This document shows, piece by piece, positions 41,861 through 54,581 of a stretch of 64,000 nucleotides of DNA. The stretch lies in the NCBI GenBank assembly GCA_963924565.1, contig OZ004615.1, forward strand, positions 19,592,001 through 19,656,000. Direction: 5' to 3'. Numbering within the stretch: the first letter of the stretch is position 1; every line of letters begins with the position of its first letter. The notes under the pieces are model-generated. The model worked only from the letters and a program-made list of their open reading frames with translations. It was not told where the DNA came from and ran no database searches. A program made the translations under genes and the position numbers. The stretch is from Ascidiella aspersa. Its lineage: Eukaryota.

Positions 41861-42117
41861 GTGAGCAAAGATTAAATTAATGTTTAAAAAACGCTATAAA
41901 TATTGACAATTTATTACGTTGCTGGTCTTTATAGCAGTTATAAATACTTTGACATCTGCTGGCGATCCACTAATTTATATCAATATACACTTATCCATGG
42001 ACCGTTTTAAACCGGAGTTTTGTTACAGAATTGTAACATACCTCATTAGTTGATTCAATACTACCACCACGCGGACATAAACTATTTTTATACATTGGTG
42101 TTAAGTGCACAGTGTAC

Positions 42118-42566
42118 CAGTGTTGTAATGACTTAAGTCAATGACTTGACTTGACTTAAGTGCACTTAATGACTTGACTTAAGTGCACTTAATGACTTGA
42201 CTTAAGTGCACTTAAGTCACTGTTTTTAAATGACTTGACTTGACTTAAGTCTTTTGGGCAAAATGACTTGACTTGACTTAAGTCTTTTGGGCAAATGACT
42301 TGACTTGACTTAAGTCATTTTGTTTGTTTTAATTAAGCAATTATTTATAAAATTGCACATAAAACAATTTGCTTGTAATATGTTGCTTTTATGTTGGTTT
42401 TTACTTGAGTTGCTCATAATAATCGAAGGAGTTTGCCGGTTTTCATAATTTAAAGTTTTATTTTTTTGACAATGGTTGGACTTGAAGTTGACTTGCTTTA
42501 ATTATGACTTGACTGGGACTTGACTTGGGCAACCGATGACTTGGACTGGGACTTGACTTGTTATTT
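42118..42566 (+). mobile_element. GACTT-rich element, young, right end missing
   Basis: Perfect left end CAGTGTTGTAATGACTTAAGTC, clean GACTT arrays and internal tandem duplications; no right TIR found. Confidence 0.8.
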
Positions 42567-44258
42567 ATTCAAAAAGAATATTATGTTTTGGAGCCACATA
42601 GCCCAGGTGCTCCCACTGTTACTTTAAATATATAATGCCCTGCTTTATTGAAGCAACGTTTCAATATCAATATAACTATCGGTAAATAAAATATGGCGCT
42701 AACATATTATTATACTGTGAAATTATGCAAAATATGTTTGAGATCTGTGGCTTTCTTTGGCCAAAATTTGTTTGGCGATGTAATCATGTAAATCAGCATC
42801 TTAAAGTTGTAGGCAATATCACAATTATGAAGTGTATTAAGATGACGTAATTTTGTTGTTGCAGACGAAAATTGAGAAAAAAACAAAAATAAAACCTTAG
42901 GTGAAAACTATTTTAAGGCGAATATGTGGAGTTGGCCTCTAATATCTGGTGACGCATGAGTAGAATAGCAACCTAATTTGAAGTTGATTCGTAATATAAT
43001 CTATTTTTCTATTTTATGTCCACCGTTTTACAAAATCTCAACAACGATCAAGCGGGGTCCCGAGGTAATTACTGCGATAAATCCTGTCTTAGTCGTTCTG
43101 GGCGTTTCACAATTAAAAACCCGAGTAAAAGTTGCACTACTGGAACAAAAAAAGGCCAGGGATGAGTTTAGGATTTTTTTTTGAGATAATTTCACAAAGT
43201 TGCGTCTTAACGTGAAGTGGTGAAACAAAATCCTAAAAAAAACCTGCAGTTCTCTGACGAACTATTAGTGTTAATATATGCGACAAAATTGCCTTTCTTG
43301 ACTATCTTGAGTATATCAGTCGAGTGTATCACTTACGGCAAAACATACCATACATGGCGTACACGGCGCGTTGGACTAAAAAGATTTTCTTTAAACACAA
43401 AAAAATAATATTTTGTGGGACATGGCCCAGTGCCCCACCGTACTACATGCTTAAACATGTGCTATTGGTGTCGGAATAAAACACGAATACTCCAGCACCA
43501 TAACCCTACTACGTCAGTTGTTATCGAACCAGACAATCGCGATTTTTCTTCAAAATATCTGTTACCCGTATTGAAATAAAATACAAAAAATTGGACAATC
43601 CTTGTCGTTATTAAAATTGTTAAGGTAAAACTATAGGTATTTCAACGTTATTCAAAACGTTTAACCTATATTCACGTTTGTTTGGTTAAGTTGCGATTTT
43701 CAAGTTGTAAATTTCTTGCGTCTGTTTCTTTGCTCTCGGAACTCTGCATATACTGCGAAAAAAACACAATCAGTTTGTTTGATAGTCTAACGACATTGAC
43801 AAAACACATAATATGCCAGATAAATGCTTAGGCATACTACCGACGTGTTGCATATTATGCTTACCGTAACAAACAGTTGCAAAGAGTAGAAGCCCGATTT
43901 GAATGTAGATCTTCTCCCGCACACAAATACTTGCGCTCCAGGAAAATTAAACTGTATATCCAATCAAAAAGCAGAGCGACCATAATGAGTAGGCGATGTC
44001 CTGGTCGTTGGAAATGTAGGCGGAGTATAAATCTAAAAGCGCACAAAACAAACGTGGACTTATAGAAATATATATTTAACACTCTTCTACATTACGATAA
44101 CTCAAAATATCATCTCTAGAGTATTTTCAACAGCTTAAAACCATTGTGGCATGATGACATTGAAATAATTAATTATTGAGGTGAGATGAAAGTTTTAAAA
44201 CTGTGGCGTTTGTCCAAAGTATATTTTTTGCTTTGTTGGAGTACTTTTATCCCCAGAG

Positions 44259-44562
44259 CAGTGATTCTCAACCTTTTCTGGCTTACGGCACCCCTTAAGA
44301 TAATAAATAGATTTGCGGAACCCCGACTGGAATTTTCGTTGAGTATTTCACTAAAATGTTACTATTAATGGAAATGGAACAACACAATCAACTTCAAATA
44401 TGTAAGAAAATGTTATTGCATATAATGGACTCTAATAGTGAACAAATACTGGTATCAAGATGCTTAGCCTAATAATTGAAAAAAAATCAGATAGTGAAAA
44501 ATTCTCAAATACCTATCGGCACCCTTGAGCATTAGAAATGGCACACCGGTTGAGACCCACTG
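44259..44562. mobile_element. hAT MITE
   Basis: Ends CAGTGATTCTCAACC / GGTTGAGACCCACTG; TSD CCCCAGAG/GCCTAGAG (6/8). Confidence 0.8.
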
Positions 44563-44886
44563 GCCTAGAGACTAGAGTTAACAAAATTCCAAAATGTAAA
44601 CCTGTTGAAGAGACGTTTCAAATCGAATCCACCATTCCGAATAACGCGAAAAGGCTATACACCATCCAAGTGCTTTCGGCAGTCGGTGACCAGGTCAGCA
44701 TCAGAGTGTAGTTTCTGAGACACAAAACGACGGCGAACAACTGGGGTTTGATCCGTCCAAAAGTTGATATGACTTTTCCCGTTACAAGGCTACCAAAGGC
44801 GACAATTACGTTGTAAAAGGCAGCACACAGTCCAACCTGTAACAAAACAGGTTTGTGTTTGTATATTATTTAAAGATTGCATAAAT

Positions 44887-45207
44887 CATACCTGGGCAAA
44901 CTACAGACCGCGGACCAGCCAGGCAATATAATCTGACCCACGGCTCATTTTCAAGGACAGTTTTTTAGACAATAATAAACCTTAGCATTTGTTTTCTTGA
45001 TTCCAGAATATATCGTTCAATCCATCACTCTTGTAAAGCAACCTTATGTATTCCTGCTCTTATCAGCTTGGCAAAACAAGGATATTTTCTTTTTAAAGGA
45101 ATCATTATTTGTTTTACTGTACGTGTAGATCTCATTTTTGACCCGGCCTGCCAAGTTATTTTCTGTGTCTCATGCGGACCGCTGTGAAAAATAATTGCTT
45201 ACCCCTG
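44887..45207. mobile_element. hAT (Charlie-like) MITE, degenerate
   Basis: Ends CATACCTGGGCAAACT / AATTGCTTACCCCTG; TSD GCATAAAT/GCATAGAT (7/8). Confidence 0.7.
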
Positions 45208-46721
45208 GCATAGATATATCGGATTGGGCAGATATACATGATACCCAATGAAAGTTAAGGCAGTTGGTAGATACTTTGGTGGCCATGGTGTCAATCTGAT
45301 ACCCCAAATAATTTCAGAAGTTCACCCATGCTGTCCACTTTAAAGTTATAACAGAATATTATCAACAAATTAACTATATGATATTCACCGTCAAAGCAAT
45401 TGTTGCCAAACAAGGTAAAAAAAACACTTTTACACGTTTAAATTTAATAAATTTTGCCTATTTGAACATACGAATAAAGCCATTTGATATCGCATTGGAT
45501 CCGCAGAAGGTTTTGCCCCAAAAATCGATTTTGAAATAAAATGAAATGTTTCCGACTTTCCTATAGTTACGGATTTCAAACGAAATCTTTAAAATTCCAC
45601 AGAGACCGCAAATTTGTACATTATAATATTGTATCAGGGCGCGCGTATAGTGTATGTATGCCGGACTCTTTAAACACCTTTTCAAGGTTTTGTTAACCAC
45701 TCGCAAAATTCTACACAAGTTTGACGCCGAATCTTCTGCCTGTAAAATAATATACATATGTTGTATAATATGAGTGAATCAAGTGCAAAAGCCGGTTATG
45801 AAATTTTGAGTCACGTTTCACTGATTTTTCTTGGTGTGATTAAAATTGTTTTTTCGAAAAAGAATTTAGCAGAAGAAAGTCGAGAACAAGTGTTCTTAAA
45901 AAGACTAAAAATACGTTCTTAATGAACGAAAGCTTCCAGGAAAAATGGATGGTTTTAATGATTTTATGACATTAAGCTGGTGTATATTTCCGAACCTTTT
46001 GTTATATATATCATAAAAAAAGTAAAACAGTAAAAAAGAAAATCGGAAAAAAGGTGTAGTTTATACGACCTGTAAATTTATTTTCGTTTTTCTTGGAATA
46101 ACTCCAGAAGTTTCTTCATTTTCTAGGTGAGGAGTTTTTGGTGGTGGAATTGCGATGCTTTCCCCGAAAGAAATCACGCTCAATGATCGAGATTCTAGAA
46201 ACAAAAATGTTGCAAGTTGAGAGTGAGAGTTGGACAATGAGTACAGTTCTCAAACGCCATCAGTGTGATTCCTAATAAATTCTTGTGGCCAGGTTATATT
46301 TCGGTGTAATTTCGTGTGCGACTCTAATTCAATTATAGGTTTATATCTTGTTTCGCTTCGTCTTGTTAACAGTGTTTCATTGTGTTTGTCGATATTGTTC
46401 GACTGCTTCATATATCCTTCGCTAAGTTGCTTTAAGTTCATTGTAAAAAATCTTTGTTTGTTAAAAATACCACAGAATTAAAATTAGAGAACGTCTGGTG
46501 GGATAATGTTAAAATAAATCTAAAGTCGAGCTTTAGATTTTGGAAAGTTTAAATCCATGATGGGCTAACACAAAATAAAACTTTTCATTGCCAGTAACAA
46601 CCATATAGCTTACTTGTTTTCTGATAAGACGACTTGGCTTCCAGACTTCGATCCATTTTTTTTAAACCAAGTCGTGATTAATAGCGCCGCTTAGCGGAAA
46701 ATCCACCATAACGCCAATGAC

Positions 46722-46935
46722 AATGTAAATAGATCGTTGGTCGGGTTCATACTGGTCGTTGTTCAAGGCGGTTAGGTTCGAATCCTGGCAGTCGTTGATG
46801 CCACAGACGCGCAGTAAACGCTCTGATCGAGTGGAGTTCATTTATCCTGTTCATAGCCGATGTTTTATCGAGGATTTACTAGCGAACAAGATTCCGTAGT
46901 TTAAAAGGCTGGATATAACCTACAACAGCATAAGT
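46722..46935 (+). repeat. Probable tRNA-derived SINE remnant
   Basis: Exact B-box GGTTCGAATCC (46775-46785) in a T-arm-like stem; A-box-like TAGATCGTTGG (46730-46740); no full cloverleaf. Ends approximate. Confidence 0.45.
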
Positions 46936-47595
46936 AGGCTACGTTTACAAAATTTGACAAACCAAATTTAATAACATACTTGGCTAACCGCTAGTTGTAT
47001 AATTATGCTATTGCTACCAGGCATAGTATATACTGAAAATAAGTTTTTCTGGCTTTTATTTGTTTACCGACGTTTTGGCTACCCATTTAGGAAAAACTGA
47101 TTATCAAACGGAGGGCTATTAACTGGATCAAAATCTCTCGCTTTTCTGATTCCGCGTATTCACTCATTAATGTAGTAGTTTGGTTCTAATAAGTACTTTA
47201 TAGCGGGCAAGGAAAAGCTATAAATAAACTTAACTGCTGAAAATTGGTAATATTGCAATGTTACTCAACTGCACGCAATCATATTTAAAGAAGGTATTCT
47301 AAAATTCGAAATTTAGTAAACTCTCTGAATATAAAATAAATGTATCGGTCTACTTTCCTATTCACAATTTGACGCAAAGGATGTTAATCCGATCAAGAAA
47401 CTTCAACGTTTCAACATAACTCAAATCGCTGAACATTTGCATTAAGCTTTTGCTTGGTTGTTTACAATTTAAAACCTGAAAAAAGATTTGACAACTATCT
47501 TTGCGCAACGTATTCCGTATCCGATTGTGACTTCAACATTTGTGTTCTGGCCCTATTAAATTAAACTATTTTTACACGTGAAGGGTTGCTCGTAA

Positions 47596-47653
47596 TTAAC
47601 AGTTAACATATTCTATTTTAAGATTAACAGTTAACATATTGTATTTCAAGATT
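47596..47653. repeat. 28-bp tandem duplication
   Basis: ATTAACAGTTAACATATT(C/G)TATTT(T/C)AAG x2. Confidence 0.8.
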
Positions 47654-48916
47654 CAGTAAAGGTTGTTGTTAAAACGTTATAAATCACATGAAAATTTGTG
47701 TTATTCTAGAAATAAAAATCTATTAAAAGTAGTAGAAGGCTGACAAGATTTGCGCTAGCCAACAGTTTAGAAAAAGGGCTAAATATATAATAAAACTTGA
47801 CCCACCCACACCCAAACGCTCACCTTCACTCAATTTTTATGCGTTGATTTCATAACTGTGGTAGGATTCTAGACCAGCGCCAGAAAATGAGTTATTCTTT
47901 AGATTGTAGAACAACAAATCTATTTTATATTTTGTCTGACGAAATCAGTGATGAAAAAAAACTTTCTGCACAAAATAAATACCCTATTGAAATTCTGAAA
48001 GTATATCTTTCTAAACTGTTTGGTTTCTTACTACCCTCATGCGGCTTTATAAATTTCTTGGCTTATACAGGCACTTGGGCAGTCTGTACTTTCTGCACTC
48101 GCAGATTAGCCTGGTTTGACGATTGATTGTTTTCTAAGGTTGGCAAGTAGTCTGCTTTGTTACGCTTGCTGTCCTCTATGAATCATAATGCACTGCTTGC
48201 CTAGTTTAACGTTGCACTTTTTACGCTTTGTGGAATTGCAAGTTACAGGCTGTGCCTATTTGGCGAGTTGCCTTTTCAGCCCAAATACCACATTGTCTCT
48301 CTTCATATTTTTGATAAATATTTTTTAAGCACGTGCGACGAACTAAATTCCTGTAAATTGAAAAAAAATCGCAGCTAATTGCCCATACGTTTGGCATACT
48401 TCTTGATTTTAATTTGTTAGCAAATTCAGGCTCCTATAGTTTACCGTACGCCGGTATATTGCAAATTCTACTTTCAAAACAGTTGATAAAACATACCAAT
48501 ATTATGAGAAGAAATTTTCTTGAGAGTTTTATTGAGAAAACAAAGACAAATTATATTGACATATATTTTGTTTGTAACTTCGCCCATAGGCTATTCAATG
48601 TGTTCTAATATAAGTCAAAATGTTAGCCTTTATTCTAACGCAAATTTAGACATTATTTGGTGATGTCCAAATATTAATATAACCGGGAAAATACACAGAG
48701 GCAGACTTTGACAACTAATTAATTCTAGTTTGTCCAACCTGACGAATTATAGCGATATGTTGCTCATTTTAATCAAAATCCTGAACTGCTGATGAATTCT
48801 AATTTAAATTCTAAATTTACGATTTTCTCAAAGTTCATCCAATGGGGCACTGAATATGTGATAATGGAAATAACCTTGACCCTTCCAATACAAATATCGT
48901 TAATTCCCGATCAGTA

Positions 48917-50270
48917 TAGGGCGATTATTATTTTAAGACCTAAAAATGAGAGATTTTGACCGAAAAAGTTAACATTTTGACAAATTTTTGCCTAAATATA
49001 TAATTTTTGAAAAAATTTGGACCTATTAGAAATACATTGATTTTAACAGTTTTGCATTATTTTCTTGGCGTCATAAATCGCATGTTTAAGATGTTTCATT
49101 GATATCAGTCGAACGCAAATCAGCACTGTTGTAAACAAATGAATTTTAAATGACTTGTCCCAGTCAAGTGATTTGTGGTCCCAGTCAAGTCATTTGTGAA
49201 ATAACTTAAGTCCAAGTCAAGTGTTTTAAAAAAAAATAGCAAGTTAAGTTTCAGTCCAAGTCATCAGTTGTCCAAGACAAGTCTCACTCAAAAAAGTCAA
49301 ACCACTAATATAGCCTAATAATAAAACTATAAACCAATAAAATTGGTAAACGTGCCCGATTATAACAAGCAATAATTCAACTAAAAAGTAAAGAAAAAAC
49401 TACATGCAGCAATTCAATTGTTTTATGTGAAAAACTTGCAATAAATGACCGAATTTTATATATAACAGTGTTAAATGAAAACACTTAATTTCAACCCAAT
49501 TCATTCGACTCAATGACTTAATTCCAAGTCACTTGCCCAAAAAACTTAAGGTAAGTCAAGTCATTTTACCAAAACGAGTTAAGTCAAGTCAAGTCATTTG
49601 AAAACAGTGACTTAAGTGCACTCAAATCAAGTCATTGACTTAAGGTATTACAACACTGCAAATCAGTTAATTTTCTCGTTTATTTAAAACAAATGAAAAT
49701 GCTTAGTTAATATTTATGTCATTTTAAAAAGACCAACAACTATAAAAATGTCAAAGAAACAAGTCCCCGATTAATTTAGAAAAATGTTGTGTAAACAGTG
49801 GAAATACAGCGTAAAAATAGTTGCAGAAAATTAACAAAGACCAAGTTATCAAAAGAGGAAATGGTATAATTGTAAATCACAAGCGAAAGAACACTGCAAA
49901 TACTGTTCAATACATTTGTCCAAATTAGACACAAACAACTATAATGCAAAAATGAAGTTCGAGCTGAACCTATTACGTTAAACTAGGCCTGTGTGGTTAA
50001 TTATGCAAGCTCGCCTATACCATATTGCTTTAATTAGGATTTAATACAGTTAAAATTTAGTTGAATATAACTCAAAACTATTTTTTTATAATAAAATGAT
50101 AACTGAACAGCAATTTAAAAAAACTGACTATAGTTTTTTTATTTTGTAAACGATTTATGTGCACTTTTAATCGTTTTTGACGTGAAATAATTCTGACAAA
50201 TTTTGACTTAAGCTGTAATTTTTGACAAATTTTGACATTTTTTGACAAGTCAAACAATAATCGCCCCACT
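48917..50270. mobile_element. GGGCGATTATT-ended element
   Basis: Inverted ends GGGCGATTATT / AATAATCGCCC; flanks GATCAGTA/GACCAGTA (7/8). Confidence 0.65.
49124..49658 (-). mobile_element. GACTT-rich non-autonomous hAT-like element, complete
   Basis: Ends CACTGTTGTAA / TTACAACACTG; perfect 8-bp TSD CAAATCAG; AAGTC subterminal arrays. Confidence 0.92.
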
Positions 50271-50345
50271 GACCAGTAACAGCAGAATACTCTAGAAAAG
50301 CTAGGAATTCAGGTTATACACAATAAAAAGAGATTCATTTTAATT

Positions 50346-50397
50346 AATATATACTGACGATGCCTTTGCTGGCGAAATATATATATACATGTATATT
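50346..50397 (+). ncRNA. Minimal hammerhead ribozyme motif (family B)
   Basis: UAUA-CUGACGA-U-GCC(UUUGCU)GGC-GAA-AUAUAU-A-UAUA: core intact, weak AU-only stem I. Confidence 0.7.
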
Positions 50398-50669
50398 ATT
50401 TAATTTTTTTTTTAGTGTTTAACCTGAATTGCTAGCTTTTCTTTTGCTGATGTCCAATGGGGGTTTAAGTGTCTCAGTCGGAACAAGTTTTCTGTCACGT
50501 AGGAAAGCTAAACAAACTATAGAGTGTATTTAGGAGTCCAAAGATTCCAGTTTTATTTCTCATTGTAACAAGCTCGGTAATTCAATTCTAATCAAACTTA
50601 GGAAAACTGTAGAGCTACATTTTTAATTCCAACCTAGTTTGAAATCTAAAAAACTTCTAGTTGTCCATG

Positions 50670-51250
50670 TCCGCACGCAGCGTCGCTGCTGGATTTAAAA
50701 ACTAGCAGGGAAGGTAATCTTTCTTCCGGTAGCGGTCGCGCGAGAGCAGCCCTATTAACTGCCATTGGCGAAACGCGTTCGAGGAATGTAAACAAAGCGT
50801 CTTGTTACGAAATAGAGGCAGGTGACGGCCAGGCAGCGAGCAACTAGCAACAGCATAAGACGTGGAGGAAAGGCGAATCCCTTTGCACCAGTTCTAGGCG
50901 GTGGATCAAAGGGCGGCGCCCGTGTAGCCTAGTGGGAGTGCTGCAACTAGGCTTCTGTCGCCGTATAGTGCACAGCTAGTCGGACTTCTGTGAAATTCGC
51001 GTGTAGCGAGGTTTAATGGCGTCCGGCATCTCGCAAGGTGTTGGCAGGTTTGCGAAGCAGCTATGCGCCAATTTGTATCCTCAAAGAAGACAGGAAGGCT
51101 GTTTGTGTCTAACAAGGCAATTAACTGGAAACAGAAGAGCGTCCTTTATGGGCGAGAGAGACGCGTACTCACGCGACAGGCTTTAGCCAGAGCAAAGTCT
51201 CGTCAGGGCAATTGCTGGTTTTATTATAGGCTACGTTTATCGAAATAGCG
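50670..51250 (+). promoter_or_regulatory. CpG-rich RECK upstream region
   Basis: GC-rich block before RECK exon 1 with TGTAAACAAA (50787), CAGGTG (50819) and GATCAAAGG (50904). Confidence 0.5.
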
Positions 51251-51468
51251 GGCAATTTTATTTTCGATCCACGCGAGCCTAACTATGCCAATTTTAACGT
51301 TCCTTTTGTGAATTGAGCGGCACACCGAAAACCGACATCAAGTAGCACAGGTTGCTCGAAAAGAACAGCTGAGTTTTCTTAACAGAACTTGACTTTTTGT
51401 GGCGTTTAAAAGGCTGTGTGTTTTCTTTCTGTTCAGAATAACGAAAATGTAGACACGTCATTATCACG

Positions 51469-51565
51469 ATGAATGTATTAAAGTCAAGCATGGAGATAAT
51501 TCTCGTATTTTTCCTGTTGCTAATTGCCGAAGCTAGTTCCAACTCCTTCCTGGTGAATTCGGACG
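51469..51565 (+). CDS. RECK: RECK coding exon 1 (signal peptide MNVLKSSMEIILVFFLLLIAEASSNSFLVNSD)
   Basis: ATG at 51469 (second in-frame ATG at 51490), hydrophobic core, donor ACG|GTGAGT in phase 1, in frame with the next exon. Confidence 0.85.
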
Positions 51566-52622
51566 GTGAGTGGCTTTCAGGTTAATAATTTTTTTTGTAA
51601 GTCGGTCCCGGCACTTGTGACAAAGTAAAAGCTACCCTAGTCGTGGTTTGGCAGCTGCTTGGATTAAACACGACAAATTGGACTTTGATTAGTCGTAATT
51701 GTTGAGGTGTGAATGATTGTAGTCGAGCAGCGACTGTAAGCAATGTGACCAAGTGACAGGGTCAACCCTGGCCTCGACTCGCCAAGATAGATAGCTTTAA
51801 TTTGTTGAAGATGTCGGACACACACCTTGCGATCCTTATCGGATAATTTGAAACGGGAAATCTAATAGCAAAAGTCAGTATGATAAACGTGTGGTCCGTT
51901 CTGTGTAGCACTAGTGGTTCGCCTGGTTATGAATCACCAGCGCATAAGGAGAATGCTATGGATTGGCATGTCGATATCTATTGGATTTACCAGACATCCA
52001 AAACTGCACCAGGCATTATTATTACAATAGCCTTTACCTTGATTTCTACTATTTAACGAAACCAACTGAAGGTAACACTGGTTCATTGGAAACGTCGGAC
52101 TGTGTTATGTAGGTCAGGTCTTAATCTACAGGAGGCAGGCTGGAAATTGCTCCTACACTTTAAGCGTGTAATTATCGAAGCAACTGCTCGCGAGACAGAC
52201 AGCTACTTCGACGAGATAATGGTCGCTTATAGTCGGTGCCGAGTGCGCAAATTGCGTACCTACTGCTGATGTGATTATATTTATTACAACCGCAAACCTA
52301 AGGCCAAAAAACATCGGGGATGTGATTATCGAAGTGGGTCTAATAATTTTTTTTCAAAAAACTCGCCAACTTAAAATAAAAAAAATAAAAAATATAAAAA
52401 TAAAATATATCGACTTTGACATTGACATAAACAATAAAAAAAAAAGGCCGACTGGCTTAACCTTAACCCTCGGGTCTGTGCTATATGTAAGTTGTGTTTA
52501 AATAAAGATATATAGCTAAATGAATATTTAACCGACAACCGGCATACCCAGGAACGTCGTAAAAGATTTTGGCGGATTATGGCCGCGCAGTGATTTCATT
52601 TATGGTGATTTTATGATTTCAG

Positions 52623-52681
52623 GCTCTTACTGCTGTCGCTACGCATCCATGAACGAGCGATGCCACGACACATGTATGCAG
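52623..52681 (+). CDS. RECK: RECK coding exon 2 (GSYCCRYASMNERCHDTCMQ)
   Basis: TTTCAG| ... CAG|GTGAGC, 59 nt, phase 1 to 0. CC-x8-C-x3-C pattern as in vertebrate RECK CC1 (CCNHSKDNQMCRDVCEQ, recalled). Confidence 0.92.
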
Positions 52682-54314
52682 GTGAGCATAAAACACACAA
52701 TAATATAAATACATTATATATTATATACTTTTTATCAATCTTTGTGGATAGCCGTATTAATACTGGTATAAAACTGAAAATTTATGCTTTGTTTATCGTG
52801 TTGTTTTTTTTATTAGCAAATGGGCATAAGATGTTTGTGTTTAAATTCGACACGCTTAAGTCCCGTAACTGCGAATAGAGAATATTGCCGCAACATATAC
52901 AGTATATATATACAGTATTTATATATATATTGGTATTGTGGAAATATTTTCGTCACGATAATTAATTTCTGAAAAATGTAAAAAAAAATAATTTATTAAC
53001 ACTTCATTTTAAGATTTAACTTGAATTTGTAGCGCAGTGTGGCACATCGTCATTGCCTCCAGACCATTTCTTTGTCCAGTTATTAATCAAAATGCGAGGT
53101 TGTAATTCACGAAATTCCTATATTCCTAAATGAATTTATTGCGCTCACGGGTTGCACGTAAGTCTGGGCTTAAATCTCGCTCCTCAAAACCCGAAAGAAT
53201 TTCCGATGAAATTTGATTGCTGTGTGGTAGGCGGCGGTTATGGGCGCATAATAGAGAGGGCCTTGCTTTGAGCGTTCGCGTCAAGGCCGGGAGAAAGTAT
53301 TTTAGTTGTCGGCCGAAGTCATTTGTTAAATTGACAGCCCCATGTCTCCGGGTAACCACTGCGAAATCGTTGCTGCTGTGCCATTGAGCCGCATCCGTGG
53401 CAAATCATTTGACGGCGAACACGCTTTTGGTAATTACAGTGGTGGGTTCTTAAACCAGAGGAGAACTTAATGAATTTCAGTTACCCCCTTTTCATATGGA
53501 AGCTATACTAGCACCCGACAATAAATTCAAGCTAAAGCAGTAAAAAGCGATTAAGTGATTACTGATGTTTATAGATTCAAATTAAAAACGTTAAAAAACT
53601 GGAAGACTAATACCCCTATTAAGGTAAATGTGAAGCAGTCATTAATGGTGTCGTGGATCTTTTTTCTTCCGTATAAACTTAATTATGTCGCTTTACCCAC
53701 AAAGAAGCGCTATATGGAAAATTTAGCCACAAGTTGAGGTTAGGATTTTACGAGTTTACTTTGCATATTGTGTACAACGATAGAAATGTACAACTAACTC
53801 GCAAGATTTAATAGCTAAACACCGATAAAACATAGACGTTATGTATAAGGTGCACGCAAGTAAATTGTCCTGTTATAAGTGTTTCGCTCTATATCCAAGC
53901 TTTGAACGAAAATCGCTTTAAAACTACTGTTTTCCGAACCCAAACAGACCAGATCACGAATCGTATTCATGCTCATTGGCTTGGTCGCGGTGCCATCAGC
54001 TACGGCGACCTGCAGGTCACAATATACAAGTGCTATGACCGCGTCTGCACACGCAAAGGCCAGGGCGTGTTAGAGACAGGATGGTGGGGTCACAGAATAT
54101 CTGAAACTCTAAAGACCCAAAAAGTATCACGGCATGTTTAAACAGGGATAAAAGCGCTCCAGCCACGTTTAGGTGTTAGTTGTTAATTGTTTAAGGGTGT
54201 CTATTAAAACACCTAAAAAATTAATTTGTTCACACGGATGTATATGCTTAATGTATAGTATTAGCAAGATTAACCTATAAACTTAATCAAAAAACAGAAT
54301 CGGTTCGCGTGACT

Positions 54315-54581
54315 TAGCGTTTCTTAACCATGATCCTCGGTCCCCTGGTGTGGGGTGGGTTATTGGGTTGTGGCAGTCATTTGGGTGGCACGGGCATACA
54401 ACATTTCAATTATTGGCGCGCTAAACTGAACTTTGTGTTTTTTCTAATGAATTAAAGACCTCTCTTGTGATATTCCATTAAGTATTTTTGTGAAACGTGA
54501 ATACGTAGGCCGCAAAGGGTTTGGGCGGCGAACAAACCCATGAAAGGTTGAGGACAAACTATGAAAGGTTGAGAACCACCA
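54315..54581. mobile_element. Degenerate hAT-like MITE with duplicated right end
   Basis: TAGCGTTTCTTAACC at the left; ATGAAAGGTTGAG twice at the right, ending GGTTGAGAACCAC. Confidence 0.5.

Larger units (their letters stand above)
48848..50452 (+). mobile_element. Old PLE-derived insertion with a hammerhead near its 3' end, interrupted by later MITEs
   Basis: 10-bp direct repeat TCCAATGGGG at 48838-48847 and 50453-50462. A homologous empty site appears in the related element near 8155. Confidence 0.6.
48702..50672. mobile_element. CTAATT-rich element split by nested insertions
   Basis: Left and right portions align with the left and right parts of 8010-8503. Confidence 0.65.

Noticed and set aside
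42571-43446. Roughly 50-bp diverged direct repeats at 42571 and 43401 as LTRs
   Set aside because: Too short and diverged, no TG..CA ends and no internal coding sequence.
46730-46800. tRNA gene
   Set aside because: B-box present but no consistent acceptor or anticodon stems; treated as SINE-like.
52061-52100. CTGAAGG...GAAACGTC in RECK intron 1
   Set aside because: Core mutated and stem II broken; at most a decayed relic, so not listed as a feature.
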